DNA of 64,000 nt from Alphaproteobacteria bacterium (GTDB taxonomy: Bacteria; Pseudomonadota; Alphaproteobacteria; MPNO01; UBA830): assembly GCA_965243135.1 (NCBI GenBank), contig OZ251539.1:2112001-2176000 (forward strand), read 5' to 3'. The notes beneath the pieces are model-generated. The model did not search any database and had not been told where the DNA came from. It worked only from the letters and a program-made list of their open reading frames with translations. Positions 40,238-49,595 of the stretch are shown piece by piece (position 1 is the first letter of the stretch; every line of letters begins with the position of its first letter). The position numbers were made by a program, and so were the translations under genes.

Positions 40238-41281
40238 ATGTCCGAAATCTACCGACATCTCCCTGCCCTCGCGGCGGGCGCGGCGGGCGGATGGGCGTTC
40301 TCGCTGGCGAACGCGCCCTTGCCATGGTTCTTCGGCGCGCTGTTCGTCGTCGCCGGGACGAATCTTGCAGGCAGGCGAATGCGCGGCCCGCACGGATCGC
40401 GCCAGCTGGGACAGATATTCGTCGGATCGACGATCGGCCTCTATTTCACGCCCGCCGTCGCCGCCATCGTGCTGGCCCATCTTCCGTGGATGCTGCTTGT
40501 CGCCTTCGCATCCATCGGGCTCGGCGGAGTCGGCGCCTTCGTCGTGGGCCGCTTCGCGAAGCTCGATCGCGCCACCGGATTTTTCGGCAACGTGCCGGGC
40601 GGCATGGCGGAGATGCTGGAGTTCGGCGACCGGTTCGGCGCCCAGCCCGTGCCCCTTACCCTGTGCCAGCTGACCCGCGTCGCCATCGTCATCATGTCGA
40701 TTCCGCCGGCCCTGACGTTTCTGGGACAGCCCGGCGCCGACATTTTCGTGCCGCTAACGCGAGAGGTGAACCATCCGGGGCTTGCCGTCCTGCTGGCCGG
40801 GGCCGTCGCCGCTTCGTGGTCCCTTCACCGTCTGGGAACGCCCAACTGCTGGATGATCGGCGGTGCCCTCTTCGCCAGCCTGCTCACCGTGTTCGAGATC
40901 GAGCTGTCCGCCATGCCCCGGGACGTTCTGGCGGTCGCTCAGGTGCTTATCGGCGTGGCTCTCGGAGAGCGTTTCGATCGCGCCGCCATGGCTTCGGCGC
41001 CGCGGGTAATTCTCGGATCCGCCGTCGTCACCGTCTTCACGATGGCGTCGGCGGTCGGGCTCGCTCTGTTCGTCGCCGACCGGACGGAAATCGGCGTCAC
41101 CGCCATGATTGCCGCCACGGCGCCCGGCGGCCTTGCGGAAATGAGCCTGACCGCCGCCGTTCTCAATCTGGGAGTGCCGCTCGTGACGGCTTACCACGTC
41201 GTGCGCGTTCTTCTGATCACTCTGCTTACGCTTCCCGCCTACCGCGTCGGCCTGCGCCTTTTTCCTCCTTCTAGCGGCTAG
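40238..41281 (+). CDS. AbrB family (putative ammonia monooxygenase-like) membrane protein
   Basis: Duplicated PGGMAEM / PGGLAEM motifs, about 10 TM helices. Confidence 0.85.
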   Translation: MSEIYRHLPALAAGAAGGWAFSLANAPLPWFFGALFVVAGTNLAGRRMRGPHGSRQLGQIFVGSTIGLYFTPAVAAIVLAHLPWMLLVAFASIGLGGVGAFVVGRFAKLDRATGFFGNVPGGMAEMLEFGDRFGAQPVPLTLCQLTRVAIVIMSIPPALTFLGQPGADIFVPLTREVNHPGLAVLLAGAVAASWSLHRLGTPNCWMIGGALFASLLTVFEIELSAMPRDVLAVAQVLIGVALGERFDRAAMASAPRVILGSAVVTVFTMASAVGLALFVADRTEIGVTAMIAATAPGGLAEMSLTAAVLNLGVPLVTAYHVVRVLLITLLTLPAYRVGLRLFPPSSG

Positions 41282-41943
41282 AAAAATTCAATTTCGGTGA
41301 TATCCGATGTGTCAGGCGCTCTCCTTGCGATAAACAATCCCACAACCAATACTTCCGGAAACCGGATGGAAAGGATTGATTTCGCCGCCCGAAAATGCGC
41401 TCCTGTCGTCAGCACGTCATCGACAATGGCTATGAAACTGGGCGCCGGTGCCGTCAATGCATCATCGATTTCGTAAAGTTCCTCGATCTGATCCGGCTTC
41501 GGCCGCGCGTCACTGGCATGAACAGCCTCAGTGCTCACTGTCTGGACGATAAGCTCGCGCACGTCTAATGGAGGTTCGGGACGGATGGCACGAAGCATCC
41601 GCGTCAAACGGTCGTCGTAAAGCGAATCATCCTTCGCCTTCGAAGGCGGGACCGGCACGAAGGTCAGGCGATCAAGCGCGTCGGAGCCTAATGCAGCTCT
41701 GAACGCGTCGGCCGCCTGTCGGATTGCATGTCCCTTGTACCGCCATTCCGGCCGCCCCTGCCGGTCCATCGGTTTCTTGAAATTCAGGATCAATTGGTTG
41801 GTGGCACTGTAAGCATAACTCTTGCGCGCCGTGTACTCGCCGATGAAGTAGCAGGCGTCATCACCGGTCAGATAGTAGTGATCCTGCCGCGTCAGGTCGT
41901 CGACTTCAGTGAAGCGTTGGGGAAAGGTGCTGTTGGATATCAT
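41278..41943 (-). CDS. Phosphoribosyltransferase-fold protein (DprA-PRTase/ShosT-like toxin)
   Basis: FVPVPPSK and IVDDVLTTGAHF PRPP-binding motif; overlaps dprA-like gene. Confidence 0.85.
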   Translation of the reverse strand: MISNSTFPQRFTEVDDLTRQDHYYLTGDDACYFIGEYTARKSYAYSATNQLILNFKKPMDRQGRPEWRYKGHAIRQAADAFRAALGSDALDRLTFVPVPPSKAKDDSLYDDRLTRMLRAIRPEPPLDVRELIVQTVSTEAVHASDARPKPDQIEELYEIDDALTAPAPSFIAIVDDVLTTGAHFRAAKSILSIRFPEVLVVGLFIARRAPDTSDITEIEFF

Positions 41944-42808
41944 CGTAGTCTTTGACTCGAAGGGCCCCCTTCCTGGCAAGCTTGTCCGGCCAACTGAGCC
42001 GTGAGTTGCGGAAACAGCTGTCAAGAACGAAAAGCTTGCGACCCTGATTCAAGGCGGCGCGAGCTTGAATGAGCGTTCCTGACCTCTCTCCGGCCTCTAC
42101 GATGACGGTCGCCTCGGTGAGCGCGGACATGGTCACGTTGCGCTCGGGAAAGAAGAGACGGTTGCGTCTGTAATCCTGCGATTCGTATCGCCTGACGGGA
42201 ACTTGGCTGACGACCAGGAAGTGCTTCGCGATGTCGCGTTGCAGCTCGGCGTTCTCTTTCGGATAGGCGTGCGAAAGAGGCGTGCCGATGACCGCGATCG
42301 TCCGGCCGCCGTTCTCGATGGCGGTCTCGTGGGCCATGCGGTCGATCCCGGCAGCCAGACCCGAGACGACGGTGAATTCTCCTTTGACCAGCTCGCGCAC
42401 GAGACGCCGGGTGCGAGCGAGCCCCTCACGCGACGGCTTCCTGGCGCCGACGACGGCAACCGAGCGCGAGGCCGCCAAGTCCCACCAGCCCCTATAGTAC
42501 AGGCATTCGACTGGGTAGGTCGCATCCCGGAGCTTCTCGGGATACTCGCCCGCGCCATGCACCCTGACTCCGAATCGGCCGATCCCGGCCTCTTCGAACC
42601 GTTGCCTCACGAAAGCCGCGCAGTCATACGCCCGATCTGCGGGAACGAAATCCGACGGGATGCTACCGGGATGCTGAGCGAACCGCTTCGACAAGGATTT
42701 GAACGTCGTCTTCGGCTCGGTCCACAAAGCCTCGTAAGCCCCCATCTCCAAGAATGGCGAGACGGCGCGGCTCTGGAAATCGGAATTTTCGAGCGCCAGT
42801 TCTGCCAT
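41906..42808 (-). CDS. DprA/Smf-like SLOG protein (ShosA-like)
   Basis: YPEKL, VAVVGAR, VSGLAAGID, FPERN, VEAGERSGT. Confidence 0.88.
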   Translation of the reverse strand: MAELALENSDFQSRAVSPFLEMGAYEALWTEPKTTFKSLSKRFAQHPGSIPSDFVPADRAYDCAAFVRQRFEEAGIGRFGVRVHGAGEYPEKLRDATYPVECLYYRGWWDLAASRSVAVVGARKPSREGLARTRRLVRELVKGEFTVVSGLAAGIDRMAHETAIENGGRTIAVIGTPLSHAYPKENAELQRDIAKHFLVVSQVPVRRYESQDYRRNRLFFPERNVTMSALTEATVIVEAGERSGTLIQARAALNQGRKLFVLDSCFRNSRLSWPDKLARKGALRVKDYDDIQQHLSPTLH

Positions 42809-43234
42809 TGCCGTGCCCCGTCGGTCTCTCCATTGGCGCTTAATATTACCGCAGCCCGATAAGGAACGAAACAGAAATATGCGTCGAGGCGATTGCGCCG
42901 TGCCATTTCTGCCGGTTGCCGTCCGTTCGGCGCCCCGAGCCTCGCTCCGGCTGCCTGTCGGCAGGCCCGCAAAGGTCGCGCAAGCGGACGACCTCGGAAC
43001 GATAACGAATTATCCGGTCGCCCAAGCGCCGCGCGCAAACTCATGGCGAGTCGGCCGTGGTCCGAACTCGGACGCGCAGTCGCGAAGCGGCTTGGGGGGA
43101 AATCTGCGAAAACGGCGTTCTCGGCGTGGAAAATTCCCGGTTTCCGCGTTCGAATCGGGGCAAAAGAAATTTGCGCCCCTGAAAGCTCTCCGCATTTCAG
43201 AACGTTACGAACAGCGCAAGAGACTCCTTCGATG

Positions 43235-43677
43235 CGCATGAAGGAAGTCGACCGCCCGTTCGTCGGGCCGGAGCTTCTCGAGAAACGTCCAAGCGTCGGG
43301 CGCGGCGGCGGCGAGCTGCGCCGTCGCCTTGCCGGCTTCCGCCCGATATTCAACATCCTCGGGCGAGTACCGTTCGCGAAACTGGCCGTCCGGCTGGTGT
43401 CGCGCCGACACGCTTCTTCGTCCCCGGCGGAAGCGGAACCCCGTCGAGCGAGACGGCGCAGGAGACCGCTTCCTCCGGCACCGTCTTGCGGATGGCGGTG
43501 CCCCCTTCCTTCCTCTTCCAGCGCCGGCCCGCCCCCGTCAACAGATGCTTGAGGCAACTCGACGACGGATCCCAACCGGATTTCGGCCCCGTCCCCGGTC
43601 TGCAGACGAGCCAGCGAGCATCCCGCGAACTGGGCAGCGTGACTGAAATCGTCGGCAGAGAGTCGGATTGCTGCCAC
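43235..43677 (-). pseudogene. Degraded ISKra4-like transposase remnant
   Basis: Collinear fragments in different frames: VPEEAVSCAVSLDGV, EEACRRDT, EAGKAT-AQLA, APDAWTFLEKLRPDERAVDFLHA. Confidence 0.6.
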
Positions 43678-44178
43678 GGGCCCGGATTTTGCCGAACTAT
43701 TGCCGATGAAGCGTCATTTCAGGGTCATCCTTTCCTCTCGATTTCGACGAAGCGAAGAATCCCGACGGTCTTCAGGTGTACGATGCTCCCTACTGGACAC
43801 GGGCTCCCGACCGGGTTCATACGGATTGCCACTTACTGGCGGATATGGATCAGGAGCGTCAGGTTCCGTCCGCAATACCGACCATCCAGCGCGCTTTCGG
43901 CAAACAAGGTTCGTAATGAGTGACACTCGGTTTGGCCAACCGGGATGGCGACGGTCTTCAAGGCTGGCGCGGTGCGTAGGAAGGCCCGCAGATCTCGAGC
44001 AAGAATTCCCTTGTCGTGCCCGCCCCGAGGAAACGGCCGATTCGTCGGCCGATAGCTGGCCGCCTGCGCAGGCAGGCGGGCTGCGCATATTGGCGGCATC
44101 CGTCGATATGCGAGACATGGGTTTCTTCGATATCCTCCGATCCCAAATCGACAGAAAGTCTCGCGGAAATCCCTCGAA

Positions 44179-44192
44179 TTGATATTGATCAA
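44179..44192 (+). promoter_or_regulatory. Perfect FNR/FixK box (class II position) upstream of usp
   Basis: TTGAT-ATTG-ATCAA; CATAAT -10 at 44214-44219. Confidence 0.85.
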
Positions 44193-44247
44193 TGCCATAG
44201 TTGCAATTTAGGCCATAATCGCGGCCGATAATCGCAAGGATCCCGGA

Positions 44248-45069
44248 ATGAAAGACATTCTCGTACACGTCGACGCCAGCGAACGTTCGGCGGAACGCAT
44301 CGGCGTCGCAGCGCGCATGGCTGGCGACGCCCACCTCACTGGCCTCTTCGTCGTCCCTGAACCGCGCCTTCCCGGCTACATGGCCGCCTACGCGCTGGGC
44401 GAGTTCATGGAGGCGCAGATCAGCGAGGCGCGCGCCGACGCGGAGAAAGCGGAAGCCAGATTCCACGACATCGCCAAGCAAACCGGCGTGCACGCGGAAT
44501 GGCGCACCGAACAGGGTCCGCTCGACGAAGTCGTCTCGCGTCACTCGCGCTACAGCGATCTCGTGGTGGTCGGCAAGGGCGATGCCGACGATCCGGTTCG
44601 CTTTCCCAATCCGGGGCTCGCGGCCGACCTGGTGATGACGTGCGGCCGGCCCGTGCTCGTCGTTCCCAATGCCGGTCACTTCGAGACCGTGGGCAAGCGC
44701 ATTCTCGTCTGTTGGAACGCCGGCCGGGAAGCGACGCGGGCCGTGAACGATGCCCTTCCGTTGATGCTGGACGCGGAAAAAGTCACCGTGTTGTCCGTGA
44801 ACCCCCGCTCCGGCGGCGACCACGGCGACGTTCCGAGCTCGGACATCGCGCTTCATCTCGCCCGGCACGGCGTCAACGCGGAAGCGGCGAGCACCGTCGC
44901 CACCGGAATCGACATCGCGGACGTCATACTGGCGCGGGCCAGCGACCTCGGCGTCGACCTGATCGTGACCGGTGCCTATGGACACTCCCGCACCCGGGAA
45001 TGGGTGTTCGGCGGCGTCACCGAATCGCTGATGCACACCATGACGGTGCCGTGCCTGATGTCCCACTGA
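44248..45069 (+). CDS. Universal stress protein (tandem USP domains)
   Basis: MKDILVHVD, DLVVVG, GRPVLVVP, GAYGHSR..FGGVT, PCLMSH. Confidence 0.92.
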   Translation: MKDILVHVDASERSAERIGVAARMAGDAHLTGLFVVPEPRLPGYMAAYALGEFMEAQISEARADAEKAEARFHDIAKQTGVHAEWRTEQGPLDEVVSRHSRYSDLVVVGKGDADDPVRFPNPGLAADLVMTCGRPVLVVPNAGHFETVGKRILVCWNAGREATRAVNDALPLMLDAEKVTVLSVNPRSGGDHGDVPSSDIALHLARHGVNAEAASTVATGIDIADVILARASDLGVDLIVTGAYGHSRTREWVFGGVTESLMHTMTVPCLMSH

Positions 45070-45094
45070 AACCCGGTCTGCGGACGGCGGAAAG

Positions 45095-45300
45095 GTGACC
45101 GCCACTTACGACGATGTCTGGCGCTGGCTGGAGGCCGGCTGGTCCGCCGCCCGTCGACCAGTCTCGGTTACGGCCTCTTCGTCACGGCGCTGAACTACGC
45201 CGCTGCCGCCTGCCTGCTGTTTCTCGACGCCGTCTACCTGCTCCTGCCGCTCGCCGCGGGGTTCATGTTCGGCGGCCCCCTTCTGGCGGTCGGCCTTGGG
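45095..45300 (+). pseudogene. DUF2189 membrane protein N-terminal remnant
   Basis: VWRWLEAGW, then frameshift to SLGYG..YLLLPLAAGFMFGGPLLAVGL; similarity stops there. Confidence 0.65.
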
Positions 45301-45799
45301 CGCAGTTTGGCGCGCTCCCCTGCAACTCGCGGGACTGAGCAACCGAACGTTTGCTCTCCGAGACTTCGCGAGGAACCTGCTACCAGGCCGCCAACCAGAG
45401 GGGCGGCGTAGGCCGTTGCAGTGCCCGAAACGAACGCATTCTCCCGGTCAAGGATGTCTGGTTGAAGCCCCTGCCTGGAGGCAGGGCCTCATCGTCGCCA
45501 CCCCACGACCGAACGCTTACGCACGGACGAATCGCGTTCGACCTTGATTAAAATTAGGGTGCAACCGGTCTTCGGGAGATGAGATTCCGAAAGCGAAAAG
45601 CAGGCGACTGCATCCGCGACCATCTTGTTTCCGGCCCAGCGACATGCGCGGGATTTTACGCTTCCAGCGAGTTTGAAAAAATTATGGCGCGTGACCTTCG
45701 TCAAGCGTTCGCGCCGTTTCCGCCTCCCGTCCGGTCGCGGCGCCGGGTGCCGCTTCGGGCGCGCCCCGAGCGACCGGGCGGAGCGAACTGCCGAACGCT

Positions 45800-47143
45800 T
45801 CAGGGGCGCCTCTCGAAAAACGCGAAGATTTTTTCCGGCGTATTGCTGACGCCGACATGGGCCACCGCTTTCAGGAGTTCGTCATAGTCGTCGATGCCGT
45901 CGAGCAGGATCCTCAACCGTTCCGCCGTGTCGGCGTCGAAAGCTTCGGCCACGAAATTAATCGCGAGGTCGCGGAGCGAAATCATGGACTCCTCGGTCTT
46001 CGCGTCCGCCGTCTTGCCTCTTTCCACGGCCGCCTCGGCCCATTCCAGGCCCCCGTCGGGGGCGGAGACGCCCACCGCGCCCGTATCGCAATGTCGGGCG
46101 AAGCCGGCCATCGACGGATCTCCTTCCAGCGCGGCTTCGGGGAATCGTCCGGATCCCAGCGCCGCGGTCGTCATAAGAAGCCGACGCAACGGGCGGTGCT
46201 CGTCCGTCGAAAGCAGCCCGTCCAGCTCCTCGGCAGCCCGCCGGACATCGTCGCGATCCCCCCGGTACAGCCGGAAATAAGCCGCGGCGGGGTTGCCCTC
46301 GTACTGCGAATAATCCACCCGGTGGACGTCGTGGAGGGCGTACCGCATCTGCGGCCGGTAGATATCCAGCGCGGGATGTCCCGACGGGCCCATGAGGTCG
46401 GCCACGTTCTCCGGGGCGGTCCACGGCTCCGTTCCCGTATAGACGGCCGCCGTAACGACGAAGGGGACCAGATCGTCGGCGCTGACGTACTCCGCATAGT
46501 TCTCGCGGATGCACAGCGGCAGATGGGTCCTGTGGAACGCGATGATTTCCGCCATCTCGAAGTCGTCCTCGGACCGGAATTCGACGATGACGCCGAACGG
46601 CCGGGCGTTCGGCCGCTCCACAACGAAGATCACGTCGCTGCGAGGGATTCGTCCCAACTCGTGGGAGCGGAGTTCGTCGTCGATCATGCGGGCGACCGCA
46701 TCGTCCGGCACCAGGTGGTCCGACACGAGCATCCGCACCAGGCTCTTCGCCATGACGGAATGCCTGAAGACGAACCGGGACATCGCGTCGTGCGGAAAGC
46801 GTTCCGGCCTGTTCAGCATCCGTAGGGGCGTGCATCCGCGTCCGTCCGGCAGGGCCGGGTTCGCCCCGCGCTCCACGAGAACGGCGAAGGCGTCGTATTT
46901 CGCGTCGCGAGCGGCGTAGTGAAGCGGCGAGAATCCTTCCCGGTCCGCGGCATCGAGATCGGCGCCCACCGCGGCGAGAGCTTCGACGGTGGCCGTCTTT
47001 CCGAGGTCGACGGCGAGATGGACGAGCGTTCGACCGTCCGGATGCCTCGGATCGTTCTGCCGGCGGAACAACTCGGCGACGCTTTCCGGAGAACCTGTCC
47101 TGACGGCGTTAATGAGTTGTCGACCGTTCAATTTGCCCTTCAT
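45800..47143 (-). CDS. Ankyrin repeat + Rpn/YhgA-like (Transposase_31, PD-(D/E)XK) fusion protein
   Basis: GRTLVHLA, GFSPLHYA, GCTPL ankyrin motifs; then PHD..FRH, SDVIF, VEFRS..D..MA, VYTG..PW.AP, YRP..RY Rpn motifs; GAGGA RBS. Confidence 0.75.
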   Translation of the reverse strand: MKGKLNGRQLINAVRTGSPESVAELFRRQNDPRHPDGRTLVHLAVDLGKTATVEALAAVGADLDAADREGFSPLHYAARDAKYDAFAVLVERGANPALPDGRGCTPLRMLNRPERFPHDAMSRFVFRHSVMAKSLVRMLVSDHLVPDDAVARMIDDELRSHELGRIPRSDVIFVVERPNARPFGVIVEFRSEDDFEMAEIIAFHRTHLPLCIRENYAEYVSADDLVPFVVTAAVYTGTEPWTAPENVADLMGPSGHPALDIYRPQMRYALHDVHRVDYSQYEGNPAAAYFRLYRGDRDDVRRAAEELDGLLSTDEHRPLRRLLMTTAALGSGRFPEAALEGDPSMAGFARHCDTGAVGVSAPDGGLEWAEAAVERGKTADAKTEESMISLRDLAINFVAEAFDADTAERLRILLDGIDDYDELLKAVAHVGVSNTPEKIFAFFERRP

Positions 47144-48062
47144 TTCGTCGTCCTCTTCGCATGCGGAGTTCGGTCGCCCCTCGCGCCGCTTCCGGCCGCG
47201 CCCCCGCTCATCGAGTCGCCGGAGGCCGGGAGGCGGTCCTTCGGCGTCCGTCTTCCCGCCCGCGGCCGGTCGCCGACGTTCGCGCAGTTTCCGCGCGGCG
47301 ACGCCCGAACGGGAAACGGCCATGTTAGCGGCGCCGGTCCGGGAAAACCATGTCCAAAGTTGCGCGCGTCGGACGATGTGCCGTGCATCCTGCCCGGTTT
47401 TGGAACGCCTCCGGACCATGGAGGAGCGACGGAAGGAACGGCGGCAGGGCCCTGGAAATTCGAAGAGGCGGCGCTCGCCTGTCGAACCGGGAAGGGAGGG
47501 CGCGGAGCGTCCGTTCCGGCGGCCCGCGCGCGCTTCGCGGCTCCGTCCGCGGACGGCCTCGGCGGAGCCCGACAGTCCGCGCCGCAACCTTGCGCAGCAA
47601 CCGGTTGCGCCTCTATTTTGCAGGCTCTTCGGCACGGGAAGTCCTGTCGCCTTCGGCGATGGCCTGGCCCTGCGCGGACCGCAAACGAACGGGTTCCGTG
47701 ATGAATTCCGAAAGGATCTGCGTCGCGCGATGCGCGCGGAAAAAGCTGCCGTCGCCGCGGGCTGGAACCGGGTCGACGCGTCCTCGCGGCTCGCGAACGA
47801 TGCGCTGCCGCCCTCGACCGCCCTTCCGAAGCCGGGGCCGCCGCAGCGGTCGCGAGAGAGAGTCGGCGAACGGCGGCCTCTTCGTTCGCGAGACGGAGCC
47901 GTCCGCCGGGCCGCCCGGCGAAAACGACCTCCCGCCCGCCGCGCCGAATTCCCGCGCAACCGGCGACCGCGCCCTTGCCGAAAGGACAGCGGTTCCGCCT
48001 TGCCCGATTCCCGTTCCCGGCCGGCCGGCGACGGAAGGCGCGGCTCCGTGAACCCGGACGTC

Positions 48063-49595
48063 ATGAAGGAGGAGCTCGACAGGGCCGAAAGGCGCTATCG
48101 ATCGTTGATCGACAACTGCGTCGACGGCCTCGTCGTCATCGACGAGAAAGGAATCATCCTGGAGTTCAACCCTTCCGCCGAGCGCATATTCGGCCACGAG
48201 GCCAACGAGGTCGTCGGTCGCAGCGTCGGCGCGCTGATGCCGGAGCCCGAAAGGTCGAACCACGACCGCTACATTTCCTGTTACGTCGCCGGAGGACAGG
48301 CGAAAATCATCGGCATCGGGCGCGAGGTGCAGGGCCTGCGAAAAAACGGAGAATCTTTCCCTATGCATCTGTCCGTCGGAGAAATCTCGGACGGGCGGAA
48401 CCGCAGCTTCATGGGCCTGGTGCAGGACCTCACGCGGCAGAAAACCGTCGAGGCGCAGCTCCTCCAGGCGTCCAAGATGGAAGCGGTCGGCCGGCTGACC
48501 GGCGGCATCGCCCATGACTTCAACAATCTCCTCGCCGTCCTGACGATGGATCTCGAGATGCTCGCGGACCTCGGTCCGGACAACGCGGAGCGGAGCGAGT
48601 TGTTGACCGAAGCGCTCGACATGGCGCGCGCAGGCGCCGAACTCACCCATCGCCTTCTGGCGTTTTCCCGCCGGCAACCCCTGACGCCTTCCATCGTCAA
48701 CGTAAGCGAGATGGCGCTGTCGCTGGCCGGCCTGCTGCACCGGACGATCGGCGAAGACGTCCGGATCGACGCGGTCGGCTCCCCGAACGCCTGGCCGGTC
48801 TCGGTCGACCGGGGACAGCTCGAAAACGCCATCGTCAATCTCGCGATCAACGCCCGGGATTCGATGCCGAACGGAGGACGCCTCGAGCTGAAATGCGGCA
48901 ACGTCTCTCTCGGGCGCGGCCATCCGTTCGCCGACCTTCCGCCGGGCGACTACGCGAGGCTGGACGTGACCGATACCGGGGAGGGCATGTCGCCGGAAAC
49001 CGCCGCGCGAGCGTTCGAGCCCTTGTTCACGACGAAGGAAAGCGGACGGGGAACGGGCCTCGGCCTCAGCATGGTTTACGGTTTCGCGAAGCAGTCGGGC
49101 GGCCATGCCTCGATCCGCAGCGAACCGGGCGAGGGCACGACGGTGACGCTCCATTTTCCGCGAGCGGACGCGGAGCGCGTCGGCCGGAAAGCGGACGCGG
49201 CCGATCTGCCGACCGGAACCGAAAGCGTCCTGCTGGTCGAGGACGACCAACGAACGCGGAAGAGAACCGCCGAGACGCTGCGGAACCTCGGATACGCGGT
49301 GAAATCCGCTCGAAACGGCATGGACGCCAGAAGGCGGCTGCGGTCCGGCGAGGTTCCGGATCTGCTGGTCACCGACGCCGTGATGCCCGGAAAATGGAGC
49401 GGCGTCGTCCTTGCCGAACACGTGGCCCGATACTTTCCGGCGATCCCGATCCTGTTGTTGACCGGCTACGGCGACGAAACGTTGCGCACAAGGCCGGCGG
49501 GGATCCTGCGCAAACCCTTTACGCGCAAAGCGCTGGCGCAGGCGGTCCGGCGGGCGATCGACGGCCGCCGGAGCGTTCAGGGAGTGAAGACGTAG
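48063..49595 (+). CDS. FixL-like heme-PAS hybrid sensor histidine kinase
   Basis: LMPEP..HD.YI, IIGIGR, FPMHLSVGE PAS; GGIAHDFNN H-box; N, G1, F, G2 boxes; C-terminal receiver (VEDD, TD, KPF). Confidence 0.9.
   Translation: MKEELDRAERRYRSLIDNCVDGLVVIDEKGIILEFNPSAERIFGHEANEVVGRSVGALMPEPERSNHDRYISCYVAGGQAKIIGIGREVQGLRKNGESFPMHLSVGEISDGRNRSFMGLVQDLTRQKTVEAQLLQASKMEAVGRLTGGIAHDFNNLLAVLTMDLEMLADLGPDNAERSELLTEALDMARAGAELTHRLLAFSRRQPLTPSIVNVSEMALSLAGLLHRTIGEDVRIDAVGSPNAWPVSVDRGQLENAIVNLAINARDSMPNGGRLELKCGNVSLGRGHPFADLPPGDYARLDVTDTGEGMSPETAARAFEPLFTTKESGRGTGLGLSMVYGFAKQSGGHASIRSEPGEGTTVTLHFPRADAERVGRKADAADLPTGTESVLLVEDDQRTRKRTAETLRNLGYAVKSARNGMDARRRLRSGEVPDLLVTDAVMPGKWSGVVLAEHVARYFPAIPILLLTGYGDETLRTRPAGILRKPFTRKALAQAVRRAIDGRRSVQGVKT

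Noticed and set aside
43700-44150. Lower-GC stretch with protein-like fragments (e.g. DFDEAKNPDGLQVYDAPYW)
   Set aside because: No family recognised and interrupted by stops; needs BLASTx
45544-45557. Second FNR-like box TTGAT-TAAA-ATTAG
   Set aside because: Right half-site has two mismatches and no downstream gene is in a suitable position
46989-48062. 358-codon N-terminal extension of the kinase, and the reciprocal extension of ankyrin-Rpn
   Set aside because: Low-complexity translation with no domains; plausible starts exist at 48063 and 47143
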